Shown piece after piece: positions 58,601-64,000 of a stretch of DNA of 64,000 nt (positions within the stretch are counted from its first letter, which is position 1; every line of letters begins with the position of its first letter). The notes below the pieces were generated by a model. It did not search any database. It saw only the letters and a program-made list of their open reading frames with translations, and was not told the origin of the DNA. Source of the stretch: Nemertoderma westbladi (taxonomy: Eukaryota; Animalia; Xenacoelomorpha). The translations under genes were made by a program, and so were the position numbers. The stretch lies in NCBI GenBank assembly GCA_032718475.1, contig JAUCBJ010008551.1, positions 1 to 64,000 on the forward strand. Reading direction: 5' to 3'.

Positions 58601-61600
58601 AGATACGGGACAATAAGGTACAAAGTGGGACACGTTCATCTGTACCAGATACGGGACAATAAGGTACAAAGTGGGACACGTTCATCTGTACCAGATACGG
58701 GACAATAACGTACAAAGTGGGACACGTTCATCTGTACCAGATACGGGACAATAACGTACAAAGTGGGACACGTTCATCTGTACCAGATACGGGACAATAA
58801 GGTACAAAGTGGGACACGTTCATCTGTACCAGATACGGGACAATAAGGTACAAAGTGGGACACGTTCATCTGTAACAGATACGGGACAATAACGTACAAA
58901 GCGGGACACTTCAACCTGTACCAGATACGGGACAATAAGGCACAAAGTGGGACACGTCAACCTGTAACAGATACGGGACAATAAGGTACAAAGTGGGACA
59001 CGTTCATCTGTACCAGATACGGGACAATAAGGTACAAAGTGGAACACGTTCATCTGTAACAGATACGGGACAATAAGGTACAAAGTGGGACACGTCAACC
59101 TGTAACAGATACGTGACAATAAGGTACAAAGTGGGACACGTCAACCTGTAACAGATACGGGACAATAAGGTACAAAGTGGGACACGTTCATCTGTACCAG
59201 ATACGGGACAATAAGGTACAAAGTGGGACATATTCAACTGTAACAGATACGGGACAATAAGGTACAAAGTGGGACACGTTCACCTGTAACAGATACGGGA
59301 CAATAAGGTACAAAGTGGGACACGTTCATCTGTACCAGATACGGGACAATAAGGTACAAAGTGGGACATATTCATCTGTAACAGATACGTGACAATAAGG
59401 TACAAAGTGGGACACGTTCACCTGTAACAGATACGGGACAATAAGGTACAAAGTGGGACACGTTCATCTGTAACAGATACGGGACAATAAGGTACAAAGT
59501 GGGACACGTCAACCTGTAACAGATACGGGACAATAACGTACAAAGCGGGACACTTCAACCTGTACCAGATACGGGACAATAAGGCACAAAGTGGGACACG
59601 TCAACCTGTAACAGATACGGGACAATAAGGTACAAAGTGGGACACGTTCATCTGTACCAGATACGGGACAATAAGGTACAAAGTGGGACACGTTCATCTG
59701 TACCAGATACGGGACAATAACGTACAAAGTGGGACACGTTCATCTGTACCAGATACGGGACAATAACGTACAAAGTGGGACACGTTCATCTGTACCAGAT
59801 ACGGGACAATAAGGTACAAAGTGGGACACGTTCATCTGTACCAGATACGGGACAATAAGGTACAAAGTGGGACACGTTCATCTGTAACAGATACGGGACA
59901 ATAACGTACAAAGCGGGACACTTCAACCTGTACCAGATACGGGACAATAAGGCACAAAGTGGGACACGTCAACCTGTAACAGATACGGGACAATAAGGTA
60001 CAAAGTGGGACACGTTCATCTGTACCAGATACGGGACAATAAGGTACAAAGTGGGACATGTTCACATGTACCAGATACGGGACAATAAGGTACAAAGTGG
60101 GACACGTTCATCTGTACCAGATACGGGACAATAACGTACAAAGTGGGACACGTTCACCTATACCAGATACGGGACAATAAGATACAAAGTGGAACACGTT
60201 CATTTGTAACAGATACGGGACAATAAGATACAAAGTGGGACACGTTCACCTGTACCAGATACGGGACAATAAGGTACAAAGTGGGACACGTCAACCTGTA
60301 ACAGATACGGGACAATAAGGTACAAAGTGGGACACGTTCATCTGTAACAGATACGGGACAATAAGGTACAAAGTGGGACACGTTCATCTGTACCAGATAC
60401 GGGACAATAAGGTACAAAGTGGGACACGTTCATCTGTAACAGATACGGGACAATAAGGTACAAAGTGGGACACGTTCACCTGTAACAGATACGGGACAAT
60501 AAGGTACAAAGTGGGACATGTTCACATGTACCAGATACGGGACAATAAGGTACAAAGTGGGACATGTTCACATGTACCAGATACGGGACAATAAGGTACA
60601 AAGTGGGACACGTTCATCTGTACCAGATACGGGACAATAACGTACAAAGTGGGACATGTTCACATGTACCAGATACGGGACAATAAGGTACAAAGTGGGA
60701 CACGTTCATCTGTACCAGATACGGGACAATAACGTACAAAGTGGGACACGTTCACCTGTACCAGATACGGGACAATAAGGTACAAAGTGGGACATGTTCA
60801 CATGTACCAGATACGGGACAATAAGGTACAAAGTGGGACACGTTCATCTGTACCAGATACGGGACAATAAGGTACAAAGTGGGACATGTTCACATGTACC
60901 AGATACGGAACAATAAGGTACAAAGTGGGATACGTTCATATGTACCAGATACGGGACAATAAGGTACAAAGTGGGACACGTTCATCTGTAACAGATACGG
61001 GACAATAAGGTACAAAGTGGGACACGTTCATATGTACCAGATACGGGACAATAAGGTACAAAGTGGGACACGTTCATCTGTAACAGATACGGGACAATAA
61101 GGTACAAAGTGGGACACGTCAACCTGTAACAGATACGGGACAATAAGGTACAAAGTGGGACACGTTCATATGTAACAGATACGGGACAATAAGGTACAAA
61201 GTGGGACACGTTCACCTGTAATAGATACGGGACAATAAGGTACAAAGTGGGACACGTTCATCTGTACCAGATACGGGACAATAAGGTACAAAGTGGGACA
61301 TGTTCACATGTACCAGATACGGGACAATAAGGTACAAAGTGGGACACGTTCATCTGTTCCAGATACGTGACAATAAGGTACAAAGTGGGACACGTTCATC
61401 TGTACCAGATACGGGACAATAAGGTACAAAGTGGGACATGTTCACATGTACCAGATACGGGACAATAAGGTACAAAGTGGGACACGTTCATCTGTACCAG
61501 ATACGGGACAATAAGGTACAAAGAGGGACATGTTCACATGTACCAGATACGGGACAATAAGGTACAAAGTGGGACACGTTCATCTGTACCAGATACGGGA

Positions 61601-64000
61601 CAATAAGGTACAAAGTGGGACACGTTCATCTGTACCAGATACGGGACAATAAGGTACAAAGTGGGACACGTTCATCTGTAACAGATACGGGACAATAAGG
61701 TACAAAGTGGGACACGTTCACCTGTAACAGATACGGGACAATAAGGTACAAAGTGGGACACGTTCATCTGTAACAGATACGGGACAATAAGGTACAAAGT
61801 GGGACACGTTCACCTGTAACAGATACGGGACAATAAGGTACAAAGTGGGACACGTTCATCTGTAACAGATACGGGACAATAAGGTACAAAGTGGGACACG
61901 TTCATATGTACCAGATACGGGACAATAAGGTACAAAGTGGGACACGTTCATCTGTAACAGATACGGGACAATAAGGTACAAAGTGGGACACGTTCACCTG
62001 TAACAGATACGGGACAATAAGGTACAAAGTGGGACACGTTCATCTGTAACAGATACGGGACAATAAGGTACAAAGTGGGACACGTTCACCTGTACCAGAT
62101 ACGGGACAATAAGGTACAAAGTGGGACACGTTCATCTGTAACAGATACGGGACAATAAGGTACAAAGTGGGACACGTTCATATGTACCAGATACGGGACA
62201 ATAAGGTACAAAGTGGGACACGTCAACCTGTAATAGATACGGGACAATAAGATACAAAGTGGAACACGTTCATCTGTACCAGATACGGGACAATAAGGTA
62301 CAAAGTGGGACACGTTCATCTGTAACAGATACGGGACAATAAGGTACAAAGTGGGACACGTTCATCTGTAACAGATACGGGACAATAAGGTACAAAGTGG
62401 GACACGTCAACCTGTAACAGATACGGGACAATAAGGTACAAAGTGGGACACGTCAACCTGTAACAGATACGGGACAATAAGGTACAAAGAGGGACACGTC
62501 AACCTGTAACAGATACGGGACAATAAGGTACAAAGTGGGACACGTTCACCTGTAACAGATACGGGACAATAAGGTACAAAGTGGGACACGTCAACCTGTA
62601 ACAGATACGGGACAATAAGGTACAAAGTGGGGACACGTTCACCTGTAACAGATACGTGACAATAAGGTACAAAGTGGGACACGTCAACCTGTAACAGATA
62701 CGGGACAATAAGGTACAAAGTGGGACACGTTCATCTGTACCAGATACGGGACAATAAGGTACAAAGTGGGACATATTCAACTGTAACAGATACGTGACAA
62801 TAAGGTACAAAGTGGGACACGTTCACCTGTAACAGATACGGGACAATAAGGTACAAAGTGGGACACGTTCATCTGTACCAGATACGGGACAATAAGGTAC
62901 AAAGTGGGACATATTCAACTGTAACAGATACGTGACAATAAGGTACAAAGTGGGACACGTTCACCTGTAACAGATACGGGACAATAAGGTACAAAGTGGG
63001 ACACGTTCATCTGTACCAGATACGGGACAATAAGGTACAAAGTGGGACACGTTCACCTGTAACAGATACGGGACAATAAGGTACAAAGTGGAACACGTTC
63101 ATCTGTAACAGATACGGGACAATAACGTACAAAGCGGGACACTTCAACCTGTACCAGATACGGGACAATAAGGCACAAAGTGGGACACGTCAACCTGTAA
63201 CAGATACGGGACAATAAGGTACAAAGTGGGACACGTTCATCTGTACCAGATACGGGACAATAAGGTACAAAGTGGAACACGTTCATCTGTAACAGATACG
63301 GGACAATAACGTACAAAGCGGGACACTTCAACCTGTACCAGATACGGGACAATAAGATACAAAGTGGAACACGTTCATCTGTAACAGATACGGGACAATA
63401 AGGTACAAAGTGGGACACGTTCACCTATACCAGATACGGGACAATAAGATACAAAGTGGAACACGTTCATTTGTAACAGATACGGGACAATAACGTACAA
63501 AGTGGGACACGTTCACCTATACCAGATACGGGACAATAAGATACAAAGTGGAACACGTTCATTTGTAACAGATACGGGACAATAAGATACAAAGTGGGAC
63601 ACGTTCACCTGTACCAGATACGGGACAATAAGGTACAAAGTGGGACACGTCAAGCGGTAACAGATACAGGACAATAAGGTACAAAGTGGGACACGTTCAC
63701 CTGTAACAGATACGGGACAATAAGGTACAAAGTGGGACATGTTCACATGTACCAGATACGGGACAATAAGGTACAAAGTGGGACATGTTCACATGTACCA
63801 GATACGGGACAATAAGGTACAAAGTGGGACACGTTCATCTGTACCAGATACGGGACAATAACGTACAAAGTGGGACACGTTCACCTATACCAGATACGGG
63901 ACAATAAGATACAAAGTGGAACACGTTCATTTGTAACAGATACGGGACAATAAGATACAAAGTGGGACACGTTCACCTGTACCAGATACGGGACAATAAG
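49647..64000. repeat. 46-bp tandem satellite (about 310 copies visible, continuing past the window end)
   Basis: Unit GGGACAATAAGGTACAAAGTGGGACACGTCAACCTGTAACAGATAC (20+26-bp GGGACA subunits) with recurrent variants TTCATCTGTACC, TTCACCTGTAAC, TTCATATGTACC and ATTCAACTGTAAC. Confidence 0.97.

Noticed and set aside
49647-64000. CRISPR array or repeat-protein gene (many MYLIVPYLL... ORFs)
   Set aside because: Units are contiguous with no unique spacers and no cas genes; 46 is not a multiple of 3, so the ORFs are by-products of the satellite.

Overview
Repeat-dominated animal (probably invertebrate; inferred) genomic DNA, not prokaryotic. From left to right: (1) the right end of a Polinton/Maverick (adintovirus-like) element with open core-protein, major capsid and adenain-protease ORFs, ending in ...ACTACT at 3348 inside a CR1/L2-like LINE 3' end; (2) a patchwork of Helitron/Helentron-like and foldback repeats plus a non-autonomous piggyBac-like element (4.3-11.5 kb); (3) an RTE LINE split by a decayed 13.5-kb BEL/Pao LTR retrotransposon. 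That BEL element has no tRNA-type primer-binding site next to its 5' LTR but has a 12-nt site complementary to its own LTR (Tf1-like self-priming geometry), structured RNA repeats in the LTR, and an extra third ORF encoding a DEDDy-type 3'-5' exonuclease plus zinc knuckles; (4) a long-TIR P-superfamily relic carrying an RTE; (5) a Mag-like Gypsy element whose 5' LTR holds an RTE that in turn holds a Penelope-like inverted insertion with two minimal hammerhead ribozymes; (6) a second, nearly intact but 3'-truncated BEL/Pao element; (7) a candidate 270-bp host exon on the minus strand whose splice acceptor appears to have been amplified into a >14-kb, 46-bp satellite that runs to the window end. 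All family assignments come from motifs read by eye; no database searches were run.
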